A DNA stretch of 64,000 nucleotides from Thermoanaerobaculia bacterium. Its GTDB lineage: Bacteria; Acidobacteriota; Thermoanaerobaculia; UBA5066. Shown here piece after piece: positions 1 to 7,712 of the stretch. The notes under the pieces are model-generated. The model made no database searches and was not told the origin of the DNA. It saw only the letters and a program-made list of their open reading frames with translations. Location: contig CAVRAY010000001.1 in the NCBI GenBank assembly GCA_963719225.1, positions 256,001-320,000 of the forward strand, given 5' to 3'. A program made the translations under genes and the position numbers. Position 1 is the first letter of the stretch. Each line of letters begins with the position of its first letter.

Positions 1-27
1 GGCGGCGGCGGCGGACGCCGCTACTAA
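1..27 (+). CDS. 3' end of a gene ending GGGGGRRY*, probably a Gly-rich-tailed RRM RNA-binding protein (partial)
   Basis: Frame 1 reads GGC GGC GGC GGC GGA CGC CGC TAC TAA and is followed by an intrinsic terminator. This tail is typical of bacterial RRM proteins, but only 8 codons are visible. Confidence 0.4.
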   Translation, partial: GGGGGRRY

Positions 28-54
28 GTCCCTCGAGAATCAGTTTTTCTCGAC

Positions 55-92
55 CGGCGCCGGAGTGGAGTCACTTCGGCGCCGTTTTTTTT
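55..92 (+). terminator. Rho-independent terminator
   Basis: CGGCGCCGGAGTG-GAGT-CACTTCGGCGCCG stem followed by T8. Confidence 0.85.
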
Positions 93-125
93 CGGGACCG
101 TCCTGCCCGCGTAACATTCAACGCC

Positions 126-446
126 ATGTCCGATGGGGATCGCACACGGCGCGCCCGCCTCGAGATCGCCGCGACCGAAGTCGCCGAAGTCTTCGAGACG
201 TTGGACTACGAGACCTACGCGCAGGCGTCGGGCCTGAGAAACGCGATCCGGTCCGGGCTGGCCCCGCCTCCGCGGCTCGTGGCAGCCGTCCACGAAGCGC
301 TGCGGAAGGCGCTCGAGGCGGCGGCGAAGGAGTCGTCGTCTCCCGAGGGGAAGCTCGACGCCGGAGCGACCCGGGCGACGCGGTCGACGATTCGCGGCGT
401 GCTCAAGAGATTCGAGGACGCGTTCGGAGAGGCGAACGCGTCATGA
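126..446 (+). CDS. Hypothetical protein (106 aa, helical)
   Basis: GC3-biased ORF. TAACAT lies 8 nt before the ATG, and the stop overlaps the next start (ATGA at 443-446). Confidence 0.65.
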   Translation: MSDGDRTRRARLEIAATEVAEVFETLDYETYAQASGLRNAIRSGLAPPPRLVAAVHEALRKALEAAAKESSSPEGKLDAGATRATRSTIRGVLKRFEDAFGEANAS

Positions 447-1069
447 ACACGCAGGCCGAGCCCCGCTGGCCGATCCTCCTCACGCTCCTCGCGCTGGGCG
501 TCCTCAACTTCGCGCTTCCGCCGTCGCTCACGGTCGGCCCGAAGTGGGTGCTCCTCGCCGTCGTGGTCGTTCTCATCGTCCCGACGGTGATGGCGCATCG
601 CGCGGGTCGCAAGTCGCTCACCCGCAACCTCGGCTACGCCGTGAGCGGCGTCGTGACGATCGCGCTCGTCGGATCGCTCGTGCTGCTCATCGCGGGGCTC
701 CCGAAAAAGGAGGAGACGCCCGCCGAGCTTGCCCGGTCCGCCGCGTGCCTCTGGATCGCGAACGTGCTCGTTTTCGCGCTCTGGTACTGGCGGCTCGACG
801 CGGGCGGACCGCACGAGCGCGACGAGCGCCCTGCGCATACCGAGGGCGATTTCTTCTTTCCGCAGATGATGGACGGGGCCCCCTCTCCGACGGATTGGAC
901 GCCCCGGTTCGTGGACTATCTCTTCATCGCGTTCAACAACAGTACGGCCTTCTCCCCGACGGACACGCCCGTGCTCTCGCGCTGGGCGAAGGTCCTCACG
1001 ATGCTCCAGTCGCTGATCTCCCTTCTCGTGGTCGCGGTTCTCGCCTCGCGGGCCGTCGGTTTGATCTGA
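443..1069 (+). CDS. DUF1345-like integral membrane protein
   Basis: Starts MNTQAEPRWP. Several TM helices and the motifs FALWYWRLDAGGP, DFFFPQM, PRFVDYLF and TAFSPTDT. Confidence 0.85.
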   Translation: MNTQAEPRWPILLTLLALGVLNFALPPSLTVGPKWVLLAVVVVLIVPTVMAHRAGRKSLTRNLGYAVSGVVTIALVGSLVLLIAGLPKKEETPAELARSAACLWIANVLVFALWYWRLDAGGPHERDERPAHTEGDFFFPQMMDGAPSPTDWTPRFVDYLFIAFNNSTAFSPTDTPVLSRWAKVLTMLQSLISLLVVAVLASRAVGLI

Positions 1070-1089
1070 AAGCCGGGGGAATCCCTCCT

Positions 1090-1199
1090 CCGGACTCTTT
1101 CCCGATCACCTCCGGAATCCGACCGGCCCGCCTCGGGAGTTTTTCCCGCGTAACCCGGGTCCCGTCCCGATTGAAGAAGAACCGGCCGGGCCCCACATT
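1090..1199 (+). promoter_or_regulatory. Array of four phased imperfect palindromes abutting a sigma70-like promoter
   Basis: 16-mers start at 1090, 1111, 1133 and 1155 (21-22 bp period). TTGAAG at 1171-1176, then 17 bp, then CACATT at 1194-1199. Confidence 0.55.
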
Positions 1200-1226
1200 C
1201 TCGGTGTCAGCAGCAAGGAGAACGTC

Positions 1227-1532
1227 ATGAGAAACGAAAAGAACGAAACCAGGGGCGGAAACAGGGTCGACGGAGGCTTCTACCTGAACCGGAAGACGTG
1301 GGACCTCGTGACCGTGAACGGGAAGAAGGGCCTCCTTCCCGGCGAGACGGACGACCGTTATCTAAAGGTCCCGACTCTCGCGATGCTGGCGGCGGCTCCC
1401 GTGCTCGGCGCCACGCTCGTCGTCTTCCTGCCGTTCGTCGGCTTCGCGCTCTTCGCCGTCGCCGGCCTGCGCAAGGTGGCGGGCCTCGACAAGACGGCGA
1501 AGCTCTCCGAGCCCGCGCGCGGAACGCGCTGA
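1227..1532 (+). CDS. Small membrane protein, paralogue 1
   Basis: AAGGAG RBS. GGFYLN-x3-WDLVTV-x-GK-x-G-x-LPG followed by a hydrophobic hairpin; clearly similar to the next ORF. Confidence 0.85.
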   Translation: MRNEKNETRGGNRVDGGFYLNRKTWDLVTVNGKKGLLPGETDDRYLKVPTLAMLAAAPVLGATLVVFLPFVGFALFAVAGLRKVAGLDKTAKLSEPARGTR

Positions 1533-1581
1533 TTCGCCACGCGACACGAGACCAGAAAAAAGAGGACAAAAGGAGCACTCC

Positions 1582-1878
1582 ATGAAACGGTTCGAAGGTT
1601 CGACCAGGGTCCCAGGCGGGTTCTATTTCAACCAGAGGAGCTGGGATCTCGTGACGGTGAGCGGGAAGGCCGGCGTCCTGCCGGGGACGCCTTCGGACCA
1701 GCACATCCGGGTGCCGCTTCTCCTCATGCTCCTCGGCGCGCCCGTGTTCGGAGCGACGCTGGTGATGTTCCTTCCCTTCGTCGGCATCGCGCTCTTCGTC
1801 CACGCGGCGTCCAAGAAGGTCCTGAAGCCCTTCGCGGCCGGGAAACTCGAGAAGGCGCCGGCGCGCGTCACGCGCTGA
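1582..1878 (+). CDS. Small membrane protein, paralogue 2
   Basis: AAGGAG RBS. Same motifs as paralogue 1 (GGFYFN..WDLVTVSGKAGVLPG..APVFGATLVMFLPFVG). Confidence 0.85.
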   Translation: MKRFEGSTRVPGGFYFNQRSWDLVTVSGKAGVLPGTPSDQHIRVPLLLMLLGAPVFGATLVMFLPFVGIALFVHAASKKVLKPFAAGKLEKAPARVTR

Positions 1879-1890
1879 GCGCTCTCCCGC

Positions 1891-2544
1891 TCAGGCCTGG
1901 ATGATCCCGCGGCGGAGGGCGAACCGGATGAGCTCGGTTCGCCCGTGGACTCCGAGCTTGCCCATGACGTGCTCGCGGTGGGACATCGCCGTCTTGACGC
2001 CGATCCCGAGGAGCTCGGCGATCTCCTTGTTGCTGCGTCCCTCGGCCACGAGCTTCAGAACCTGCTTTTCGCGGTCGGTGAGGGTCTCGTAGGCGTCCAC
2101 GGTCTCCACGCCGGCGGCCGCGGCTTCACGCTCCTCGAGAGCGACGCGCGCCACCTCGGGAGCGAGCACGAGACCGCCGCGGACGACCGCGCGGATGGCC
2201 GAGGCCAGCTCGGCGCCCGCCGCCTTTTTCAGCACGTAGCCGGAGACTCCGATCTTGAGGAAGCGCGCGACGTACTCGCGGTCCTCGTACTGCGTCAACA
2301 CGATGATCTTCGTCTTCGGGCAGAGCTTGCGGATTTCGAGCGCGGCCTCGAGCCCTCCCAGATTCGGCATCGCGATGTCGAGGAGGAGGACGTCGGGAAG
2401 GAGCGCGACGCAGCGGTCGATCGCCTGACGTCCATCCTCGGCGTCGCCCACGACCTCGATGTCGTCCGCCTTCTGAAGGAGGGCCCGGATGCCCTCGCGC
2501 ATGAGGGCGTGGTCGTCGGCGATCACGACGCGCGTCCTAGGCAT
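1891..2544 (-). CDS. NarL/LuxR-family response regulator
   Basis: REC domain (IADDH, LLDIAMP) plus LuxR HTH (LTDREKQVLKLVAEGRSNKEIA). Confidence 0.97.
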   Translation of the reverse strand: MPRTRVVIADDHALMREGIRALLQKADDIEVVGDAEDGRQAIDRCVALLPDVLLLDIAMPNLGGLEAALEIRKLCPKTKIIVLTQYEDREYVARFLKIGVSGYVLKKAAGAELASAIRAVVRGGLVLAPEVARVALEEREAAAAGVETVDAYETLTDREKQVLKLVAEGRSNKEIAELLGIGVKTAMSHREHVMGKLGVHGRTELIRFALRRGIIQA

Positions 2545-4354
2545 GAACGACCTCTTTGGAAATCGGAATCTCGATCGTGATGTGCGCGCCCTCTCCGGGC
2601 GCCGAATCGAGGCTCATCTTCCCACCGAGGATCTCCACGCGTTCACGCATGCCGAGGAGGCCGAGGCCGCGTCCCGTCTCGGACGGCAGCTCGACGCTCT
2701 TCGGGTCGAACCCCTGGCCGTCGTCCTCGATCTCGATGAGCAGCCTCTTCTCGTCGGCGGCGATCTGCAGGAGGACGTTCTCGGCCTTCGCGTGGCGGGC
2801 CACGTTGAGGAGCGCCTCCTGCACGATCCGGAAGACCGCGGTCGCGACGTCGCGGGGCACGCGGCTCTCCACGTCCTCGAACTCGCACCTCACCGCGATG
2901 CCCAGCGGCTCGATGTGGCGCGCGGCGAACCAGCGCGCGGCGGCCAGGAGTCCCAGGTCGTCGAGGATGGAGGGACGCAGGTCGAAGATGACGCGATGCA
3001 GGTCGTCGAGGGCGCGCCCCGCGAGGCCCTTGACCTCGTCGAGGCGCGCGCGCATTCCGCCTTCGGGCAGCTCGCCGAGCGCGCTCTCGAGACGGAAGGA
3101 CAGCGCCGCGATCGTCTGGCAGGTCTCGTCGTGCAGCTCCCGCGCGATGCGCATGCGCTCCCGTTCCTGAGCGCTCAGGAAGCGCTTGAGCAGCTCGGCC
3201 CGCCTCTCGTCGCGGTCGCGCAGCTCGGCGTAGAGTCGCTGGAGCTCCTGCGTGCGCGCGGCGACGCGCGCCTCGAGCTTTTCGTTCGCTGTCCGGATCT
3301 CGTCGAGCGACGCGGCGAGGCGGACGCGCATCGTCTCGAGCGAACGGCCGAGCCGCCCGACCTCGTCGTCGGGCAGCGGCGGAATGGGCCGGTCGAGGTC
3401 GCCGCTCGTGATGTGCTCGGCGGCGCGCGTGAGGACGAAGAGCGGCCTGAGCACGCTGCGCGCGGCGCCCCACGTGAAGAACGCCGCGAGCGCGAGGAAA
3501 ACGGGCGTCAGCGCGAGCATCCGCCGGCGGTACACGTACGCGGGTTGGAACGCGTCTTCCGCCCGTTCGCGCACGACGACTCCCCACGGAAAGAGGCGCA
3601 GGGGCGCGAAGGCGACGACATCGTCCTTCACGCGGCCGGCGAACGGCCGCTGGTCATGGAGGAGCGGCCGGAGGAAGTCGGAGGCGACGGGGGGCTTGCG
3701 CGCGGGGCCCGTGTCGGTCGTCGCGACGACCTCTCCCGCGGCGTCGACGAGATCGGTCGCGTGATTCTCGCCGGCCTGCGCGGCCGGCAGGAGGCTCGCG
3801 AAGACCGGCCGCGCGGGATCGAGGCTCGCGCCGGCGATGCCCGTGGTCTTTCCGTCGAGATCCACGAGGGGGACGAAGAGGAAGAGCCGTTGCGTCCCGC
3901 CCGGGAGCGTCGTCAGCGCGGACGCCGCGCGCCTGCCGGTCGCGAGCGCTTCCCTGGCCGCCGGCATCGCGATGAGCCCGTCGTTCCGGTGCCCTCCGGG
4001 AGGCTCCTCCCAGAGGATCTCCCCGGACGGGCTCAGGAGGAAGACGCTGGAGAAGAGGTGCGAGCGGCGGTAGGTCGCGAGGAGGGCGGCGCGGCGCGCA
4101 GGGCTGTCGGGCTCGACGCCTCCGCCGTAGAGGCCCTCGAGGTCGTCGCGGATGATCTCCTCGACGTGGTCCACCGCGCTGCGCGCGAGACGCTGCTGGT
4201 CGCGCACGACGCGGGCGGACAGGTCGTCGAGAGCATTCATGCTCAGGATTCCGAGGACGACCAGGGGCGCGAGGAGACCGAGCGCGACGAGCAGGAGCGC
4301 CCGCGCCTGCAGGGCATTTCGGACGCCCAGGCGCGGGGGCCGCTCCTGGCTCAC
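2537..4354 (-). CDS. Sensor histidine kinase (Cache-like periplasmic domain, HAMP, HisKA_3, HATPase)
   Basis: Two TM helices; [42 protein letters not shown] start overlaps the upstream stop (GTGA at 4351-4354). Confidence 0.95.
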   Translation of the reverse strand: MSQERPPRLGVRNALQARALLLVALGLLAPLVVLGILSMNALDDLSARVVRDQQRLARSAVDHVEEIIRDDLEGLYGGGVEPDSPARRAALLATYRRSHLFSSVFLLSPSGEILWEEPPGGHRNDGLIAMPAAREALATGRRAASALTTLPGGTQRLFLFVPLVDLDGKTTGIAGASLDPARPVFASLLPAAQAGENHATDLVDAAGEVVATTDTGPARKPPVASDFLRPLLHDQRPFAGRVKDDVVAFAPLRLFPWGVVVRERAEDAFQPAYVYRRRMLALTPVFLALAAFFTWGAARSVLRPLFVLTRAAEHITSGDLDRPIPPLPDDEVGRLGRSLETMRVRLAASLDEIRTANEKLEARVAARTQELQRLYAELRDRDERRAELLKRFLSAQERERMRIARELHDETCQTIAALSFRLESALGELPEGGMRARLDEVKGLAGRALDDLHRVIFDLRPSILDDLGLLAAARWFAARHIEPLGIAVRCEFEDVESRVPRDVATAVFRIVQEALLNVARHAKAENVLLQIAADEKRLLIEIEDDGQGFDPKSVELPSETGRGLGLLGMRERVEILGGKMSLDSAPGEGAHITIEIPISKEVVHA

Positions 4355-5088
4355 GGCTTCGGCGGTATTTCCGGAGCGGCCGCCGGACTCTCGTGGTGCG
4401 CGATCGCTTCCGGCACAGGCTCGCCACCATAGAGACGCGCGTACTCGAGCGGGTGCTCGTGATGGAGCCGTTCCTTGCTGATCTTGCCCGTGAAGATACT
4501 CGCGTCGTACGGGAAGATTCCCGGAGCGAGGTGGGCGTTGTAGATGTGCCACGTGATGACGACGAGGAAGGCCATGAGGCCTTCGTTGCTGTGCGCGACC
4601 TTCGAGACCGGGATCAGCTCGCCCGGGAGGAAGCGCGTCACGAGCATCGGGAAGTAGAGGACGAGCCCGGTCGAGATCATGACGAGGCCGCCGAGGACGA
4701 GCCCCCAGTACTCGAACTTCTGCCGGTAGTCGAACCGGTCGAACTTCGGCTGCGACTCCACGACGCCGAGGTCGTACCTCAGCTGCTGCACGGCGTCCTT
4801 GAAGTCCTGGCGGTTCGGCAGCAGCGTGAGCTTCATCTTCCGCTCGGCCGCGAGGATCACGCCCACCCCGAGATGCCACAGCGTCAGGAGAGAGAACACG
4901 AGGCCCGAGACGCGGTGGATGACGCGCACGTGGTCGAGCCCTCCGAGAGCGCGGACGACCCCGCGCGCCCAGCCCGTCTCGAAGAATTTCTGCGGGAAAC
5001 CCGTCAACGCGAGGAGCACGAACGTCGTCATGACGATCACGTGCTCGATGCGTTGCCTCTTCGAAAATCGGACGGTGTATTCGGTCAT
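4351..5088 (-). CDS. Cytochrome b subunit (FdnI/HyaC-like; CbcL b-domain-like)
   Basis: [48 protein letters not shown] overlap with the upstream cytochrome c gene. Confidence 0.9.
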   Translation of the reverse strand: MTEYTVRFSKRQRIEHVIVMTTFVLLALTGFPQKFFETGWARGVVRALGGLDHVRVIHRVSGLVFSLLTLWHLGVGVILAAERKMKLTLLPNRQDFKDAVQQLRYDLGVVESQPKFDRFDYRQKFEYWGLVLGGLVMISTGLVLYFPMLVTRFLPGELIPVSKVAHSNEGLMAFLVVITWHIYNAHLAPGIFPYDASIFTGKISKERLHHEHPLEYARLYGGEPVPEAIAHHESPAAAPEIPPKP

Positions 5089-6164
5089 CTGTTCACCAGC
5101 ACGCGCCAGAGGTGGAGGAGGATCTGCAGGCAGAGCCCGCCGATGATGAAGGGGATGAAGATCTTGTAGAAGACGCCGACGGCCCACACGAGGGGCGCCC
5201 TCTTCATGCTCGGCTCGTAATGCGAGAGCCACGCCGAGGGGAAATTCTTCGAAGCGCCCGGATGGCATTTCGCGCACGTCTTCTGGAGATTCGCCTTCAG
5301 CACCTGCGAGCCGCCGTCACGCGCCTTCGTGATGTCGTGAGTGCCGTGGCAATCGATGCAGAGAGCCGTGACGACCTTCGGCCTCTCGCCGGACGTCGCG
5401 AGCTTCGCGCTCATGCCGTGGAAGTCGGAGAGGTACGAGGCGAGGACGTTCGTCGAGAGGCCGTACTTGGCCATCAGCGGCTTGTTCGTGTGGCACTTCG
5501 CACAGAGGTCGATCGTCGTGAGGCGCCAGTCCTTCGTGCGCGGGTCGGCGATGTCGTGCGCATGGTGGCAGTCGGTGCAGACGGGCACGTCCGGATTGCC
5601 CGCGGCCAGCGCCATTCCGTGGACGCTCTTCGCGTACGTCTCGGCCATGTCACCGTGGCAGCCGCCGCAGGTCTCGGAGACTCTCGTGCGCGGCACGGTC
5701 GGGCGCATGACGTCGTGCGCGCCGTGGCAGTCCACGCAGAAGGGCGCGCTGCCCCCCTTGGCGAGGATCTTGTAGTGCACGCCGTCGAGCGCTTTCGTGT
5801 AGTTCTCGAAGTGGCAGGTCTTGCAGAGGTCCTTGAAGCCCGCGCTGAAGGCGGCCTTGTCCTTCGTTTTCAATTCCGGATGCGGCACCTCGGCCTGCGC
5901 CGGGTGGCAGCCCGTGCAGCCCTGCCGGGCGCCGTGAACGGACTTCTCGAAGACGTCCCGCGCCACGTAGAGAGACTGCTTCTCGCCGCTCGGAAGCGTG
6001 ACCGACGCGTCCTTTTCCCCGTGGCAGCCCAGGCAGGTCTCGACCTCCTCGCTGCGTGTCGTCGAAGCCTCGCCCGCGGGGGAAAGGAGCCCCGCCAGCG
6101 AGATCGCGAAAAGACAGAGAATCCCCACCCGGGACGACTTCAAAGGGCGCGCCTCCAGCGTCAA
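5085..6164 (-). CDS. Membrane-anchored nonaheme cytochrome c
   Basis: Nine CxxCH motifs, an N-terminal signal peptide and a C-terminal TM helix. Exact start uncertain. Confidence 0.93.
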   Translation of the reverse strand: MTLEARPLKSSRVGILCLFAISLAGLLSPAGEASTTRSEEVETCLGCHGEKDASVTLPSGEKQSLYVARDVFEKSVHGARQGCTGCHPAQAEVPHPELKTKDKAAFSAGFKDLCKTCHFENYTKALDGVHYKILAKGGSAPFCVDCHGAHDVMRPTVPRTRVSETCGGCHGDMAETYAKSVHGMALAAGNPDVPVCTDCHHAHDIADPRTKDWRLTTIDLCAKCHTNKPLMAKYGLSTNVLASYLSDFHGMSAKLATSGERPKVVTALCIDCHGTHDITKARDGGSQVLKANLQKTCAKCHPGASKNFPSAWLSHYEPSMKRAPLVWAVGVFYKIFIPFIIGGLCLQILLHLWRVLVNR

Positions 6165-6291
6165 ACTGAAGGCAAGGCGCTCCCGTCACAATAATCAAGA
6201 CGCATTAGCGAAAAACGAGGAACAAGCGGAACAAACGACGCCGAGAGAGGGATTTATCGGCTCGCGGGGCCGACTTCCTCCCCGCGCGATT

Positions 6292-6678
6292 CTAGGGCGT
6301 CGAAAAGCCGAGCGTCCGCGCCACGCGCTTTTGCGCGGCGTCCCGGGTGAGAAAAGCCAGGGTCGAGGCGTCGGGGTCGAGGTAGAGGGCACAGGCGAGG
6401 TGCCAGGCGTCCGCACCCTTCAGAAGACCGCTCTCGAAAACGCGCCCGAGCTCAGTAGCCAGTGACCGGTCCGGAAGGATCCACGCGATTCCTTCGAGGA
6501 AGTTACCGGGGTCCTCGTCGACGTTCTCCCGAAGAAAAGCCGATCGAAGCTCGGCCTCGAGGAGATTTGAAGCAACCACGCGGAGGTCGGACCGTAGAAC
6601 CTTCGTCGCCTGCTCGGAGCCCTTCTCGCCGAAAGCGATCGCAACGAGCCAGGACGTATCGATATAAGCCTCTTTCAA
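6292..6678 (-). CDS. vapC: PIN-domain toxin (VapC family)
   Basis: AYIDTS, AEL and GADAWHLACA motifs; overlaps the antitoxin stop. Confidence 0.88.
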   Translation of the reverse strand: MKEAYIDTSWLVAIAFGEKGSEQATKVLRSDLRVVASNLLEAELRSAFLRENVDEDPGNFLEGIAWILPDRSLATELGRVFESGLLKGADAWHLACALYLDPDASTLAFLTRDAAQKRVARTLGFSTP

Positions 6679-6944
6679 TCGCGCTCCGTGAGAAACCGCC
6701 GGAGTGCGCCGGGGCGACGGGCAACGAGCCGCGGCAGGAACTGGTTTCGGGGGCGTGTCACGATGCCGCAGTCCTCGAGCCTCGACAGCCGCTCACGGAA
6801 GCCCTCTTGAGCCGCCGCGAGGGGCCGGAGCTCGGCGACCTCCTTGCCGCGCCAGGAGATCCTGACGACATGGCCGCCACGAACGCGGCGAAGCAACTCG
6901 GTGAACTTCGCTTTCGCTTCCCAGGTGGGATAGGTGCTCGGCAT
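6675..6944 (-). CDS. Phd/YefM-family antitoxin
   Basis: EAKAKFTELLRRVRGG..V.I..RGKEVAEL.P signature. Confidence 0.88.
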   Translation of the reverse strand: MPSTYPTWEAKAKFTELLRRVRGGHVVRISWRGKEVAELRPLAAAQEGFRERLSRLEDCGIVTRPRNQFLPRLVARRPGALRRFLTERD

Positions 6945-6951
6945 GGGCGTC

Positions 6952-6979
6952 AGGGTAGCACTCTAGTCAGACTAGTCAA
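6952..6979 (-). promoter_or_regulatory. Toxin-antitoxin promoter with palindromic operator (leaderless)
   Basis: Minus strand TTGACT-16 bp-TACCCT with a TGn extension, 7 nt before the ATG. The palindrome CTAGTC-A-GACTAG (6963-6975) lies in the spacer and overlaps the -35. Confidence 0.7.
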
Positions 6980-7061
6980 GAATACGCCACTGTGGGGGCG
7001 ACCGGCGAGCCGTTCGAGCCCACGAGCCGCCCGGTCCGGCGCGCCAGTTTGAGTCCATTCT

Positions 7062-7592
7062 CTAGGATCGGCTGGCAGCGGCCCGCGCCCAGTGCCCCTG
7101 GATGGTCACGATCACGCTGCTCCCCCCTTTGTCGACCCGCACACCCACATTCGCGTTGCAGCCCGGGTCCATGTAGGTGTGCATGGCGATGTTGCCGCCG
7201 AAGATGTCGCTGTGCCTCGTGTCCCCTATGTAATTCGAGCCCTCGAATGTGAGCGGCAACGTGATGAAGCCCCACCATGGGGTTTGGCTCGAGAAGCAGG
7301 GGGTAATGAACACCCGTGGGCGCTGGTTCGGCTCGACCTCCGCGCGCACGCTGACGAAATCGATGATCAGCCTGTAGCCGTTGGGCACGACGAGATCCCG
7401 GAAGGCGACATCGAGAATGGGGCCGCTGGAAGCCGCGGACTTCGAGGCGATGAACGGGTAGGTGTCGGCGCTCGGCTGCACGTAGGCGGGGTCGCTCGGT
7501 GGATTCGCGACCACGACGTCCTGGGCGACCGCGCCGCCGGCCGCGAGGCTCACGGTGAAGACGATCCATGAAGTGAAACTGCGCTTGAGCAT
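7062..7592 (-). CDS. Secreted hypothetical protein (176 aa)
   Basis: AAGGAGG RBS, MLKRSF... signal peptide ending AVA-Q, beta-rich body. It is the real C-terminal part of the 7062..11018 ORF. Confidence 0.75.
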   Translation of the reverse strand: MLKRSFTSWIVFTVSLAAGGAVAQDVVVANPPSDPAYVQPSADTYPFIASKSAASSGPILDVAFRDLVVPNGYRLIIDFVSVRAEVEPNQRPRVFITPCFSSQTPWWGFITLPLTFEGSNYIGDTRHSDIFGGNIAMHTYMDPGCNANVGVRVDKGGSSVIVTIQGHWARAAASRS

Positions 7593-7712
7593 GGCGTTGT
7601 CCTCCTTACCTTCCTTAGCTTCGGCTCTCGTGGCCCGAGTTTGTAATCGACGAATTCGAGGAAAAGGGGACACGCGGCTCAATGCGCCCTCGCCTCGGCC
7701 ATAATCCCCGGC

